The notes under the pieces are model-generated. The model was given only the letters and a program-made list of their open reading frames with translations, was not told the origin of the DNA and ran no database searches. Below are positions 1-11,605 of a DNA stretch of 64,000 nt, one piece after another. A program made the position numbers and the translations under genes. Every line of letters begins with the position of its first letter. The stretch's first letter is position 1. The stretch comes from Pelomyxa schiedti. Lineage: Eukaryota; Protista; Evosea. The stretch covers positions 1 through 64,000 of the forward strand of contig JAHLWZ010000682.1 in assembly GCA_020536535.1 (NCBI GenBank). The letters are read 5' to 3'.

Positions 1-916
1 TAAATACGTGGTAAAGACCCCAGCCCCAATTGTGGTACAGGCCACACATGTCAAGCAAACATGTACCCAGTCAGTGTGGGGTGCCTGGGGGGGTGATGTT
101 CCCCCTGAGGAGGAGGGAATTTGGTGTGAGAGCCGAACTGTGAGAGGATATGGAAATTGGGGAATGATGAGCACGAAATGATGAAGGAACACAAACACCA
201 CATTCCCGGCCACAGGATCGAAGCTGCTCCTTGCTTGCCTTGCTGCTTTCTTCGCTTGTGGCTGCCCAGACAGACATCCCATATACTGCTGTGGTGGTGA
301 GACTCGGAGCTTTGGGGGTTTCTTGGCTTGCACTGGTTGTTGTTTGGCTGAGCCTGCTTGTGTTTTAGAGCTGGGGGGGCATACGCCCAAGGCTGATTCG
401 CAGTGTTGCCCACCACGCTTCATCCTTGGGGGAAAAATGCACACACCAGCCCCCACTCACACCCACAATGGCAACAACCAAAGCAGAACCAGAAGAACAG
501 AGAACAGTCCACCCACCAAGCAAAAGGCTGTGCACACCAAACAGGAACAGGTTGTTTGGTGGGCCCCTGAATGCCACTGCTGCTTGCTTGTGCTGATTGA
601 TGCTGGCTGATGTGCTGGTGATGGAGATGCCGCTGCATTGACTTGCTGGAATGGGGTGGTGGTGGTGGTGGTGTGCTTGGAGAAAAGAGAAGAAAGAACC
701 TTGGGAAGAACACACACCCCCAAAGCAAAAAAGCCCCAAGGCCGAGGTGATGGCCCCTGTGACACAGAAGGAACAAGGCAACAGTGACACGTAGGTAAAT
801 ACGTGGTAAAGACCCCAGCCCCAATTGTGGTACAGGCCACACATGTCAAGCAAACATGTACCCAGTCAGTGTGGGGTGCCTGGGGGGGTGATGTTCCCCC
901 TGAGGAGGAGGGAATT
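1..916. repeat. Perfect direct repeat, 1-121 = 796-916 (795-bp offset), open at the left window edge
   Basis: TAAATACGTGGTAAAGACCCC...GAGGAGGAGGGAATT is identical at both positions. The sequences diverge right after 121 and 916. Confidence 0.9.
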
Positions 917-2329
917 ATGGTTTGGGTTGCCACCAGTGCACTGACAACACCAGTCCTAGAACGATGACGCCGCTGGTTAATAGTTGTTTTTTTTTTTCCT
1001 CATCAAATCCCAGAGTTGTAGAGTTCACGCAAACATTGGAGAACAGACCCCGTACTTCTCTATATTACGGATGACAGCTTCGTGGAGTGTTATGGTGTTA
1101 CGTGGAGTTTGATGTCTCAGAGCTGGGTGGGGGAATCCAGATCAAAAAAGGAAAAAAAAAGGTGGAGACGACACCGACCAACTTGGGCGGTGGCACGCAG
1201 GTAACAGAACGGAAGAAAGGGAGTTATTGTTATGGAACGTAGGGTACGGCAACGTTGCGTTGGTGACCGATGGAGTTTCAAACATTGTGGCGCAGGGGAA
1301 GGATAGAATTCACGCACCGTACTCCTTCTCGTTCGATTTCTATCCGTCTTCTTTAACCAGGTTGTTTTTAAGTGGATTGTGGTGTTGTCGCTGTCCCCTC
1401 ACTAATCACAAAACCGGCCTTGTCTTCAACTCAAATGATTATGGTCGGTCTTAGGTGACTGGAATTATAGCCGATCCGGTCTGCTGAGGTGAACTGTTCC
1501 ATTGGATATGTTGAACAAAGGAGAAAATTCAATTTCTGGCATACGAGCTGCTGTTTGACACTGTACCATTTTGTGTCTTGGTGATCTTGGATGGGGGCAG
1601 ACATTTTCATTGGAGCTGCAAAGATCAAAATGTAGTGAACGTCTCAGAGACCTGACCATCATCACATTCTCATAGCGTAAAAAGGTGTCAAACAAGCCAA
1701 CCTTGTGGGGCATGTGTGGCAAACGAGAACTCGAGTGAATCCATACCTAGCTTGAAAGTTTACATTCCAGATAGGCCTCATTCCCACTTGTAGCAAGAGA
1801 TTCATCAGTGAACAGAGCAATGACTGTATTTTGTTTGGGTCATCTCAACAGATAGAACGAATGGCGGCACTCTTACATTCCGCGCATGTCCATCAAGAAA
1901 CCGAGTGTTAGACCGGCCACTGAATCATGTAGGTCCCGGACAAGTCCGTTGGGACAACATCTTCTGGAAAACCTGGAGAAAGTAAATGATTGATGTTAAG
2001 TAATAACAGCCACATGAGCGTCAATTTTGTCAAAGTAGCAGAACGTGGCAGGGCGCCAAGCTGGGAGCCATAGAAAGGTGCTTGCTAGGCTATAAGTATC
2101 TAATACAGAAAAACAGTAAGGGAAGAAAGAAGCCCGAATACAAACACAAGACTATTGTTTATTATTTTAGCTGAGCTTGGAATAACTACGGTGGTGTTGT
2201 TCCCGCCTTATAAAGGCGCTAGAATCAGTTCTCAGGGTCCCAAGATTCGCGGTAGTTTTCCCAGAAATCCATCAGTGATTAGAACCGACCTTAGAACTAC
2301 AGCTACGCAACATCACCTCGCCACAAAAA

Positions 2330-5300
2330 TTAACTTTTCTTTTTATCTGTACTGCTGTGCGTGCAGCTGGTCACCTTCGAGGAAGGAGCAAGAGGTATGG
2401 TATGGCTAGCAAGGCTTCCTTCCAAGTGCAGCTCGAGACGGGTGCAGCGGGCAACAATATCCTTTACAGTGGCCATGATACGAGATCTAGCATCGGAAGC
2501 AGGAGCAGTACCGGGCAGTAAAAGGGGGCCCAGCGTCAGGTGTGTCAAGGAAAGAAGGTGTCTGGAAATGGCAGTAACACCAGCATGGCTAACGTTTTTC
2601 AGGTGAAGCGTTGAGAGTCCGGCGCAGTGGGTTGCCAAGGCCGAAGCATCTTCGTTCGAGAGACTATGAGACAGAGTGAGAGATGTGAGTGATGGGCACC
2701 AAGGAGCTATTGATGATACATCCGCAGTGGAAGAGGCACCCAAGTGAAGGGAAGTGAGTGTGGTGCACGGTTGGCATCCGAGGAGAGGGAGTGGGCTGGG
2801 GAGGCGAGGCGATTTTAGGCCCTTCAGGTGGTTGACTTCCAGATGCCTGAGTTTCTTGAAGCACGACGCAGCTCCACAAAAACTATTCACACTCATCTCA
2901 CTGCAGTGCAAATCGGCGAGAGCTGTGCATGACTTGGCAATGGCAACAATGCCAATAAGAGGGCACCTTGCGCAGGTGAGGTGAGTGAGGGAAGGAAATG
3001 AATAAGCAATGGTAACGCAGGTGTGATTCGAGTCCTTCTTGGTTGCCTTGCGGAAAGGAACTTTTAGGATTGTGACTCCACTGAAGAACTGAGAAATAAG
3101 TTCCGCAGTGGGTGTTTCTTTTGTGAAAGGTAGGATGTGAGGGATGATGCTATCTATGAGGTCATTTTGTGAGTAGAGTTTACACAACTCATTCAACACG
3201 CAAGCTTGCCGATTCTTGAACGCCTCACTTGCTGCCTCGAGTGCCAGCTCCTTTTTCAGTGTGCTTTCTTCAACCTGCGCGAGCATATGGCAAACGGCTT
3301 TGTGATTGCCCATCCTTGCCGGTATTCCAATCGAAACACCACCAGCTTTCTTCTTAGCGAGCCAGTCAATGACACGCTGCTGACCAGAAACGTGGGCTTC
3401 CACCGAAGCCTGTTCCAAGTCACCAGCAGTATAATTAATCAAGAACTTGAGCATCACGAGGTTGCCGTGTTGGGCAGCAGGCTCTGTGAGCAAGCGACAT
3501 ATGCAAGGTGCAATTTGCAAGGCCAAAAAGTTTGGCATCACGCGAGAAGCCTGCCACCCAACTGGTCTGATGCTCTTAAGGAATTTGTTAGTTGCATCAT
3601 CACCAAGCAGTGTCACTGCTTCAACAACAGCATCCAATCCAAGTTGAACACGCCACTTGTCACGTGTTGGGTAAGATGCGTCCCGAGACAAATCTTGCTC
3701 TATCTCTGGCTTGTTGGCCCTATAGTTGGAGTTGAACACTGTTAGCAGGGATCTAATGAATGTTTTTTTGATGCTTCTGTACAGAGGTGAATTGACGGAA
3801 TCGTGGATGAGGCCCGAAATGAACAGAACGAGGTTGCGCTCCCTTGGTGACCACTTGAAGGTTTTTTGTGACATTTTATCACTGAAGATTCCGTCCAGCA
3901 GTGCAGCGGCATTGGGTGCATTCCTTTTGCTGCAGATATGCCAAGCTGTGAAGAATTCTTCCAAAGTCTTGTGGAGGAACCGGAACCCATGGACATTAAT
4001 ACTCATATCCTTACAGCTGCACCGCTTTACCAACCCACAGCAAGAAGTGAGACTTTCAATTTGTTTGTGCATGTCCAGGTGAAAAGTTCCAGTCACGTCG
4101 TCAGCCGCGGTGCTTATAGTTGCGTTATAGGCCCTTTCCCTGAGAAGACGATTGGCAATTTTTGTGTTTTGGTGCCACGCAGCATCGGTATTGCGCAGCT
4201 TGCTTTTTGCACGGTCCCAGGCGTACCGGACAAGAAGTTTGAAGATTGTTGTCACGCTGGGGTTTGTGTCACCTTGCAGTTTGCTGTAAACAGTGCAAAG
4301 AATTTCACAGAGAAGTGGTGTTCCAGCCATCCTGCTGCGTACTGGGTTATCTGAAATAAATTTACAAACTCTATTCACACAAGCTTGTCGTTCGTCCGCA
4401 CTGTTTCCAAATTCTTGGACGTAGTTGGAATATTTTGTGATGTAGGTATTAATCTCTGCTGAGGTCCACTGTTGAACAACAGCTACGGCAGCACCAGTGA
4501 ATATTTGGTGTCGACGGTCGTGTCTTGATGTGACAATAACACAGGGTGCCCAATCTAGCTTATTGTGGACAAGATCGGACAGAAAACTCTCCCATTTCTC
4601 AGTGTCTACTTCTTCAAACCCATCAAAGACCCACAGGATAACCCTTGAGTGCGCAAAGATGTCCTTTATCATAATGTCATCAAGCATGAGAACACGTAGC
4701 AAATAGTCTTCAACACAGTCACGTAGATTCACAGGGCCGGGGTGCAGATGTGTTGCAATTCTGCAGAGCTCCCGCAATTCCACAACAATAATGGCTCCAA
4801 ATTGCAGCTTCATCTCAGCCGTTCCTTGTTCACGTGCCAGGAATTTAACCAGAGTGCTTTTCCCTGAGCCCGGGTCACCTTCCACAACACACCGTGTATT
4901 CCCAGTTCTTAGAATAGTACTCCACAGCCGATCCATTCCAAAGGTCTGTCCGAGATAACCATACCTATTGGCAATGGCCATCTGCAGGGAAGTGTAAAGC
5001 TCCGCAAATGGTGGGGGGTTTTCCATGTGGTCCAAGTGGTCCAGAAGAGACATGCGTTCGTACAGAACAGAGTAACGTATTGGCAGCGTTTGGCGCACAT
5101 TTTCTCCCAGAGGGTTTTGCCGAGAATTCAAGGCATTTGGGATTGCAACAGAGCGTTTTGCGTGTTCCAATCTCGTGATGAACCACCGCAATCGCGCCGA
5201 TTCGGACACAACGGCGTTGAACACTGACTGCACGATCCCCTCGACGTGTCGGGGTTCATACTGCAAGTTTGCAGTGGAACTCTGCGTGTGGCACAAGAAA

Positions 5301-6574
5301 TAGGCAATTGCGGGCTGCCCAGTTCTTTCAGGACGAAAAAACCGGCATCTCTCCTGAGGTCCAAATGGCTTGGAGAGCAGGTGCCTATCTTCTTCGCAAA
5401 TGCTTATGTGACCAGCTTTAACTGCAACTGCAAGTTGCTCAGTGCCTTGGGCATCCTCTGAGGAATCCATTACAAGAACAACATCAACACCACGACCATG
5501 GAGTGCCGGAAGAGGAACATTGAAGTCAATGCCCGCGTCTCGAAGGTTCCCAATACCCTCTTCAAACGCAGTTTTGCCGAACATTTCCCGTCTTTTCCGC
5601 CCGGTTTCTGGGATTGTGAACACGGATGGATGCAACCACTGGAGTATCATCGGCATTTCTGAATGCCAACCCCTCCAGTCCACTGCGAAGAAACTGCCCC
5701 AGACAGCCATCAAATGTGGAAGGGTGTCATCACTGAGGTTTTCAGTTGCCTTCACAGCGGTACCGCCTTTCCTCACCGTGAACGGCGTGAAATCAACCCA
5801 ATCCCAGCTGTCTTGTTCGTTTTCACTTATGGCAGTGCACACCGGAATTGGAAACGACCCGTCAGCAAGCCGATTCTTGCACTGGCTGAACCTCGCCGCC
5901 TCCAGGTGACGGCCACTCAGCACAACCTTCGACATGAACCGTTCCCATCCAGCCATCAGACTTAACTTTCTTGTTATGTAGGATCCCAGCAGGCACCCCG
6001 CCCCTGCAGGGGAGTATTGGCTCAGCATATTCTTGAGCTCTGAATGTGTGTGCCTCGCGGAATCAAACGGGGGCCCACCGGCCCGCCACGGATCGTTTTC
6101 ACGCGTGCCACCGTGGAATGGGTTGCCTTCCGTGTCACACACCCACTGGCTGAGGCACCATGTGCTTCCAGAGAGACCAACGGCGAAAGTAACGGCGTCC
6201 AGCAGGCCGATGTGGCTGAGGCCGTCCATGAACCCAACCATGCTCTGCAAGGCCCTCATCCCACCACCAGACCCGCATATCGCAATCACAAGTGGTTCTG
6301 CTTCCACTTGGTGTATGCCACCGCTCCCTGTTACGCAGGTAGTACTTGCACAACTGGCAGTTGGTTTTGGGGATGACGTTGAGCTTGTTGGTCCTGAGGT
6401 TCGCCCGGCTGTCATTGGCGCGTCCTTTTTCGAGCGGAAGAGTTACAATGAAGCAACGCAAATGAATTCACGTACCCGGTGCAGGAATTTATCGAGGGCT
6501 ACACTAGCCACTCGTTTCCGTGCGTTGATTGCTACACCTTCTTCAGAAACTCTCGAGTTAAGCAGTGCACTCAT
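2330..6574 (-). CDS. NLR-like STAND protein A: cPLA2/lysophospholipase catalytic domain - NACHT - ankyrin-like - LRR
   Basis: 1361-aa ORF plus an upstream exon 6574-6476 (intron 6475-6425, GTACGT...AAAG, phase 0). cPLA2 motifs: ICGSGGGMRA, GLSGSTW, LRDAGIDFNVP. NACHT motifs: GDPGSGKST, LWVFDGFEE, VIVTSR, GTPLLC, FLHKTLEEFFTA. Ankyrin-like AAQHGNLVMLKFL. LRRs such as LTSLTLSHSLSNEDASALATHCAGLSTLHL. Confidence 0.88.
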
Positions 6575-6785
6575 GAGGTCGGCCTCTAGTTGTTAAAATT
6601 TTTTATTTTTCTCTTTATCTTTTTGTGCACCTGGACAGAAGAAGTTAACAGCCAAACAAAATTTTAGTACAAATAGTAATTCCCGTAAACATCTGAGAGG
6701 GTTCATTGCCAATCAAAACCGGTATTTTTTTTTCCTCTTTGCCGAAAAACCTAGCCGTCAGGGATGCGTAAGAACTGAGGAAGTT

Positions 6786-9700
6786 TTACAGATGAAAGAC
6801 TTGCACACAACAGGAAGGACGAAAGGCGCGAACACGAGCGACTGCGTGCTGCAGACTCGGTCCCAGATTCATCCTGCAGATAGCGGAACAGCGTTGAGCA
6901 ACGGGGGCCAGGTCGATGTTGTCTCCAGGTGTTTCTTCCCGCAGAGTAAGATGTGTCAAGGAATGTAGGTGGTTGGCAATCGCGGTGACACCGTCCCTGG
7001 TGATTCTCACAATGAAGAGAGTGGTGAGTCCGGGGCAGTTCTGTGCCAAGGCCGAGGCACCAGTGTCTGTGAGACTATGATACAAAGTGAGAGATGTCAG
7101 TGCCGGGCACCAAGGAGCTATGGAGGACACATCCACAGTGGAAGTAGCACCCAAGCAAAGAGATGTGAGTGTAGTGAACGGGGGAGAGGATTCTCGGTCT
7201 TCTGAAGACCGCCTGCCCTTCAGGTGGTGGACTTCCAGATGCCTGAGTGCCCTGAAGAATTGAGCTGTAGCACAAAAACTATTCACGCTCATCTCACTGC
7301 AGTGCAAATCGGCGAGAGCTGTGCATGACTTGGCAATGGCAACGATGCCAATACGAGGGCACCTTGCGCAGGTGAGGTGAGTGAGGGAAGGAAATGAATA
7401 AGCAATGGTAACGCAGGTGTCATTCGAGTCCTTCTTGGTTTCCTCGCTGGAAGGAACTTTTAGGATTGTGACTCCACTGAAGAACTGAGAAATAAGTTCC
7501 GCAGTGTATGTTTCTGTTGGACCGGAGCCTTCATTGAAAGGTAGGATGTGAGGGATGATGCTGTCTACGAGGTCATTTGGTGAGTAGAGTTTACACAACT
7601 CTCTCAACACACAAGCTTGCCGATTCTTGAACGCCTCACTTGCTGCCTCGAGTGCCAGCTCCTTTTTCTTTTCAATACCTTCAACCTCCGCAAGCATTTG
7701 GCAAACGGCTTTGTGATTGCCCATCCTTGCCGGTATTCCAACCGACACACCACCGGCTTTCATGGAAGTGAGCCAGTCAATGGTACTACGCTGACCAGAA
7801 AGGTGAGCCTCCATCATAGCCTGATCCATTTCACCACCAGCATAATTAACTAAACGCTTGAGCATTGTCAGGTTGCCATATTGGGCAGCAGGCTCTGTGA
7901 GGAGGCGATATATCCAAGGGGCTATTTTCAAGGTCAAAAAGTTTGGCATCACGCGAGAAGCCTGCCACCCATATGGTCTGATGCTCTTCAGGAAGCGCTC
8001 AGTTGCATCATCACCAAGGAGTGTAACTGCTGCAACAACAGCATCCAATCCAAGTTGAACACGCCACTTGTCACGTGTTGGATGAGATGCATCGCGAGAT
8101 AGATCCGCACTAAGCTCTTTATAGTTGGTGTTATAATTAGAGTTAAACACTGTAAACAATAAGCCAATGAAGGGTTCTTGGATTTGCTTGATATAGTGCT
8201 TCCTGGAACTGTGGATGAAACTGGCAATAAACAAAACGAGATTGCGCTCCTTCGGCGACCACTTTGTGCCTTTTGGTATCGTTTTATCAGTGAAGATTCC
8301 TTCAAGCAGCTCTATGGCATTGGGTGCATTCTTTTTGCTGCAGATATGCCAGGCTGTGAAGAATTCTTCCAAAGTCTTGTGAATGAACCGGAACCCATGG
8401 ATATGAGGACCACCATCCTCAAGACTGCACCGCTTGACTAACCCGCAGAAAGATGCACGCCTCTCAATTGGCTTGTTCATGTCCAAGTGAAAAAGTCCAG
8501 CCAAGTCGTTGGCCACAGTGCTAACAGTTGAATTATAGGCCCTTTCCCGTAGAACACAAATGGATTCCTTTATTTCATTGGACCAGGTGTGGTCTTCAGT
8601 AATGCCGAGCTTGTTTTTTGCACGGTCCCACGCATAACTGACAAGGTGTTTGAAGATTGTTGTAACACTACTTGTATCACTTCGCATTTTGCTGTAAACA
8701 GTGCAAATTATTTCGCAGAGAAGTGGTGTTTTGGCCATTCTTGCGAGTTCAGGATTGTCTGAAATAAATTTAGACACGCTGGGAGGCAGTAACGCTCGTG
8801 ATTCGGCGGTGAGGCCAAATTCATTGACGTAGTCAAAGTATCTTTTGATGTAGGTGCTAATCTCTGCAGGGTTCCACTGTTGTACAATAACTGTAGTTGT
8901 GTCACTGAATATCTGGTGTCGGCGGTCATGTCTTGCTGTGACCATAACGCAGGGTGCCCATTCTAACTTGTTGAGGACAAGCTTTCCCAGAAAGCTCTCC
9001 CATTTCTCAGTATCTACTTCGTCAAACCCATCAAAGACCCACAGAATGTCCTTCGAGTGTGCAAAGATAAGTTTTATCATGTCGTCATCAAGCATGAGAA
9101 CACGTAGCAAATAGTCTTCAACACAGTCACGTAGATTCACAGGCTGAAAACTGTGCGGATGTGTTGCAATACTGCAGAGCTCCCGCAATTCCACAACAAT
9201 AATGGCTCCAAATTGCTGTTCCATCTCAACCGTTCCTTGTTCACGTGCCAGGAATTTGACCAGAGTGCTTTTCCCTGAGCCCGGGTCACCTTCCACAACA
9301 CATCGCGTGCGACCTGCGAGAAGAACAGCGCTCCACAAACGCCCTACTCCAACAGCTTTTCCAAGGCCACCATACCTACTGGAACCGGCCACCTGCAGAG
9401 AAGTGTAAAGAACAGAAAATGGTGGATGTGCCATGTGGCCCAAGTGGTCCAGCAGTGCCATATACTCGTATAACTCGCAGTAACGTTGCTTCAACACTGG
9501 ACGCACAATATCTCTCAGAGGACTTTGCCTGGGACAGCATGGTATGAGAGGTGTCACAGGAACAGAGCCTTTGGCCTGTTCTACTTTTCGAATGAACCAT
9601 CTTAGTGTCTCAGATTCAGAAATAACAGCATTGTAGACTGACTGCACAATCCCATCAACTTCTTGTGGTTCGTACTGCAAGTTTGCAGTGGAACTCTGTG

Positions 9701-11476
9701 TGCTGGCCAAGAAATACGCAATTGCGGGCTGCCCTGTTCTTTCAGGACGGAAAAACCGGCATCTCTCCTGAGGTCCAAATGGAGTGGAGAGCAGGCGTTT
9801 ATCTTCTTCGCAGATGCTGATGTGACCAGCTTTTACCGCAAGTGCAAGTTCCTCAGTTCCCTTGGCATCAGCTGTGGAATCCATTACAAGAACAACATCA
9901 ACACCACGACCATGGAGTGCCGGAAGAGGAACATTGAAATCAATGCCTGCGTCTCGAAGGTTCCCAATACTCCCTTCGGTTGCTGCGGCACAGAAAATAG
10001 GTTTTCTTTTCCGCCCGGTTTCTGGAACTGCAGAAAATAGTGGAAACCAGCCGAGAATTGTAGGAATTTTTGAGTGCCAGCTCTTCCAATCGATAGCAAA
10101 GAAACTGCCCCATACGGCCATCAAATGTGGAAGGGTGTCATCACTGAGGTTTTCAGTTGCCTTCAAAGGGGTTCCACACTTCCTCACCGTGAACGGTGTG
10201 AAATCAACCCAATCCCAGCTGTCTTGCTTGTTTTCGCTGATGGCAGTGCACACCGGAATAGGAAATGATCCGTCAGCAAGCCGATTCTTGCATTGGCTGA
10301 ACCTTGTGGCTTCCATGTGACGGCCGCTCAACACGACATCCGACATGAACTGTGACCATCCATCCACCAAATTCCCTTTGCTTGTCATGCATCTCACCAA
10401 CTTTGCCCCAACAGCCGTAATTGAGTGCTGGCTCAGCATCTTCTTGAGTTCTGAATGTGTGTGCCTCGCGGAGTCAAAGGAGGGCCCGCCTGATCTCCAT
10501 GGGTCGTCTTCGCACTTGCCACCGTGGAATGGGTTGCCTTCCGTGTCACACACCCACTGGCTGAGGCACCACGTGCTTCCAGAGAGACCAACTGCTAAAG
10601 TAACGGCATCCAGCAGGCCGATGTGGCTGAGGCCGTCCATGAACCCAACCATGCTCTGCATTGCCCTCATTCCACCACCAGACCCACATATCGCAATCAC
10701 AAGTGGTTCTGCTTCCACTCTCTTCGCTCCTCCTCGTTCTGTACACGTGCTCGTTGTACACGCTGGTGATGAAGTTGATTGTGATTCTGATTTCGAGCTT
10801 GATGCAGAAGCCGATGCTATCAGTGATGCTGATGTTGTTGAGGAGGTAAATTTGGCTGAAGTGCACTGGAGGAAAGGCTTATGTGCTCTCCCTTCACTTC
10901 GCAAAGCTGTTTGTTGTTCTTCATTGGGGTGAAATTGGGAGAAATTTGTGTGGGTACAAACCTTGAGGTGTTTTGACTGGGGCTTTTCCTTTGTCATACC
11001 ACCGTTGCAATCTCAAAGCTACTCAGAATTTTAGACAAAAAAAAATACGAGAAATGCAAGTAACAGTAGGAAGGACCTAGCTACCTTCCTGCAGCTTTCG
11101 TCGATGTTGCTCAGCGGCCTCCTCTTCACTAGTCTTGGGACGAGAGTCCTCATCGCTACTGCTACTGCTGCTATCATCGCTATCATCACTCTCTCGTTTC
11201 TCACTAGATGTGTGTTTCGTAGGCCCAGAAAAGCTGCCATTGGTGCTGGTTTTTAGTGTCAGGGGGTCTGACACCTGCTGAAAGTGAAAAAAAAAAAAAA
11301 GTAAGAGCAACAACGTGTCTTTGTCACCAAATAAAAACAACAATTGAAGGCACCTTTCCTGGATCCTTTTGCAGGAACTTTTCAAGGGCCACTCTGGCGA
11401 CGATTTTCCTTGCCTTGATTGCATTATCCTCCTCTACTATTGCGTTTTTCAGTGTGGTGCTGCTTGTTTTGTTCAT
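6786..11476 (-). CDS. NLR-like STAND protein B, tandem paralog of A: cPLA2 - NACHT - ankyrin-like - LRR
   Basis: Carries the same motifs as A, with a canonical Walker B (VFDGFDE). Manual model: exons 11476-11354, 11277-11085, 11018-10962 and 10906-6786, joined by GT-AG introns in consistent phase. Confidence 0.88.
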
Positions 11477-11605
11477 CGCACCATCGTTTTCTTCTACTTG
11501 TTACAAAAAAAAACCGAACAACAAAGTTTTTTTGTTTTGAAAACTCAAAAAGGAAGGAGAACAATTACACATTGTCCCCAAATGCAAACAACTAAAGGGG
11601 TGCTC

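Noticed and set aside
960-2260. Possible spliced gene on the minus strand (several GT/AG-like sites and short ORFs)
   Set aside because: No phase-consistent exon chain or recognisable motif could be built.
6593-6595. In-frame TAA just upstream of the NLR A start, suggesting stop-codon reassignment
   Set aside because: Multi-kb ORFs have no internal stops, and TAA, TAG and TGA all terminate genes here. It is more simply 5' UTR or intron.
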